From: Actinomycetota bacterium
Lineage (GTDB): Bacteria; Actinomycetota; Acidimicrobiia; Acidimicrobiales; GCA-2861595
DNA length: 64,000 nt
Direction: 5' to 3'
Assembly (NCBI GenBank): GCA_002861595.1
Contig: PJQG01000037.1
Coordinates: forward strand, 15,389 to 79,388
Made by a program: the position numbers and the translations under genes. The notes under the pieces were generated by a model, which worked only from the letters and a program-made list of their open reading frames with translations, was not told the DNA's origin and did no database searches. Below are positions 63,660 to 64,000 of the stretch, in pieces. The stretch's first letter is position 1, and each line of letters starts with the position of its first letter.

Positions 63660-64000
63660 GCTCGCCGCCGCCACCTCGAACGAATGGCCCGGACGACCAC
63701 GAACCACAGGCCGATCTCGATGGCCACGGCCAGGTACCGCACCAGCGGCGTGCGGTACCGCAGAGTGGCCTCACCGGTGGCCGGCGACGTGAACCGGTTG
63801 GCCCATCCGAAGGCCGTGGTGCGGGGAGCGCCGCGACCGGCGACGCGCAGCTGCCAGTTGGACGACGACGTCTCTGACAACAGGACCTGGTCGGCGCGGG
63901 CGAGACGCCCGGAGAAGCGGGTCGCCGAGCGTTGGCCGGGCAGCACCGGGGCCGACGCCGTCAGGTCGGCGTCGCGCAGGCTGGTGAGCCCGAACCGCGC
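63656..64000 (-). CDS. C-terminal part of a large membrane protein (probably the GT2-associated gene preceding DUF5719), cut by the window edge
   Basis: AFGWAN.F motif, C-terminal TM, GTGA coupling. Confidence 0.55.
   Translation of the reverse strand, partial: ARFGLTSLRDADLTASAPVLPGQRSATRFSGRLARADQVLLSETSSSNWQLRVAGRGAPRTTAFGWANRFTSPATGEATLRYRTPLVRYLAVAIEIGLWFVVVRAIRSRWRRRA

Overview
High-GC actinobacterial chromosome segment, most consistent with Acidimicrobiia (inferred from gene content and order: secA-prfB, ftsEX-envC, hpf-comF-ahcY-pgi/pmi-manB, DUF3499/DUF5719, ftsH, mca). About 65 CDS; no rRNA, tRNA, CRISPR or intact IS seen. The right half is mostly core genes; the left half is accessory. 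Main observations: (1) a minus-strand cluster of a Tes/GDGT-MAS (MJ0619)-like radical SAM enzyme, an ArsM-like Cys-rich methyltransferase, an ArsR with a palindromic operator, and pstS/pstCA-fusion/pstB, a candidate uncharacterised organoarsenic (possibly arsenolipid) pathway; (2) four apparently leaderless genes sharing TGTCRCA-N9-YANNNT, a variant of the PafBC/RecA-independent DNA-damage promoter, one a 47-aa ORF missing from the ORF track; (3) an IdeR/DtxR-boxed peptide-family ABC operon ending in two paralogous unknown proteins; (4) a 1-nt frameshift joining LigC in frame to the radical SAM gene; (5) REP-like palindromes, one inside a coding linker, and a co-varying tandem hairpin between secA and prfB. 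All functional calls rest on motif recognition by eye; no database searches were run.
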